Assembly (NCBI GenBank): GCA_964518965.1
Contig: CAZFJP010000014.1
Coordinates: forward strand, 1-62,047
Direction of reading: 5' to 3'
Length of the DNA: 62,047 nucleotides
Source: an uncultured Candidatus Saccharibacteria bacterium
GTDB taxonomy: Bacteria; Patescibacteriota; SOKK01
The notes under the pieces are model-generated. The model worked only from the letters and a program-made list of their open reading frames with translations, ran no database searches and had not been told where the DNA came from. This document shows positions 61,613 to 62,047 of the stretch, in pieces. Every line of letters begins with the position of its first letter. Positions within the stretch are counted from its first letter, which is position 1. Made by a program: the position numbers and the translations under genes.

Positions 61613-62047
61613 ATGAAGTATCAATATCGGAAAATTTATTTTCGCAAGCGCAAGGTTCATGCAGGAAAATTCCTTTTGTCTTTTACGAAAGGTCGTTTTA
61701 TTGATTCGGTTAAAAAAGTTAAAGTACTGCGTCGCAGAGTAAAATTTCAGGTTTCGCCAGTGCAGTTGAACTATGCTCTTGCTCCGATCGGTCGCCCGCA
61801 TTTTGCACAGGCATTGTTTGTTTGCTTAGGCATTCTTATTTTTGTCTTCACTAGTGTTTTCCCCTTTCCTAAAGCGGAAGCAGCTTATACCGGCAAACAT
61901 CTCCGCACCGTTGAATATGTCTTGGGAGGAGGAACTGATAATACTTCTCGTACCACCGGTACTACTACTTATGCCGGAGCGGCTTGGGGTACTTCTAAAG
62001 GCACTGATAAGATAATCACCATTCCCAACTCAGGCGGCGGCATTAAA
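61613..62047 (+). CDS. 5' part of a membrane-anchored secreted protein (runs off the window)
   Basis: ATG at 61613, open for 145 codons to the window end. Basic N-terminus, TM helix (ALFVCLGILIFVFTSVF), then Thr/Gly-rich sequence. Confidence 0.5.
   Translation, partial: MKYQYRKIYFRKRKVHAGKFLLSFTKGRFIDSVKKVKVLRRRVKFQVSPVQLNYALAPIGRPHFAQALFVCLGILIFVFTSVFPFPKAEAAYTGKHLRTVEYVLGGGTDNTSRTTGTTTYAGAAWGTSKGTDKIITIPNSGGGIK

Noticed and set aside
1-62047. CRISPR arrays, retron/DGR components, restriction-modification or toxin-antitoxin modules
   Set aside because: There are no regularly spaced direct repeats with unique spacers. There is no reverse transcriptase, no cas-like gene and no methyltransferase or nuclease pair. 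The repeats present are hairpins and palindromes, not arrays.

Overview
62 kb of an AT-rich, tightly packed bacterial chromosome. The gene content looks like a reduced-genome Candidate Phyla Radiation (Patescibacteria) organism, but that is an inference, not a database result. Supporting signs are a half-length TsaB, many GT4 glycosyltransferases, unlinked type IV pilus ATPases (PilB, PilT), lamin-tail-domain and giant beta-helix/beta-propeller surface proteins, a membrane pyrophosphatase, class II RNR, and almost no biosynthesis genes.

Confident housekeeping calls:
- Translation and tRNA modification: argS, tsaE, a short tsaB, gltX, tRNA-Ser(CGA), tRNA-Gln(CTG).
- Envelope: murA, mreB, three GT4 genes plus tagA/wecG, and an M23 peptidase.
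- Other: hppA, yebC, an M16 peptidase, rtcB, a stand-alone LigD 3'-phosphoesterase domain, a ZIP transporter, an MscS-like channel, ccdA, manC and two ABC systems.
- A minus-strand operon nrdR-nrdJ-cobO-iscU-tlpA.

No rRNA, CRISPR array, reverse transcriptase or recognisable defence or toxin-antitoxin module is visible.

Main points for follow-up:
1. Several dispersed families of long imperfect hairpins and palindromes fill the intergenic spacers. One arm is embedded in a coding sequence, and several create false N-terminal ORF extensions.
2. Positions 51.4-62.0 kb hold a cell-surface locus interrupted by an IS481-like element. It contains a giant NHL/LamG/FN3 protein, a MacB-type ABC pair, a DUF916/DUF3324-like protein and WxL-like and Ig-like secreted proteins.
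3. Both tRNA genes have C rather than U at T-loop position 55.
4. A GC-rich 0.6 kb locus at 5.3-5.9 kb is ambiguous in coding frame.
5. There are candidate small transcription units: a 19-aa poly-Lys micro-ORF and a structured leader or sRNA upstream of an RRM protein.
6. A 1417-aa beta-helix protein ends in Asp-box propeller repeats.

All family names come from motif recognition by eye. None was verified by search.
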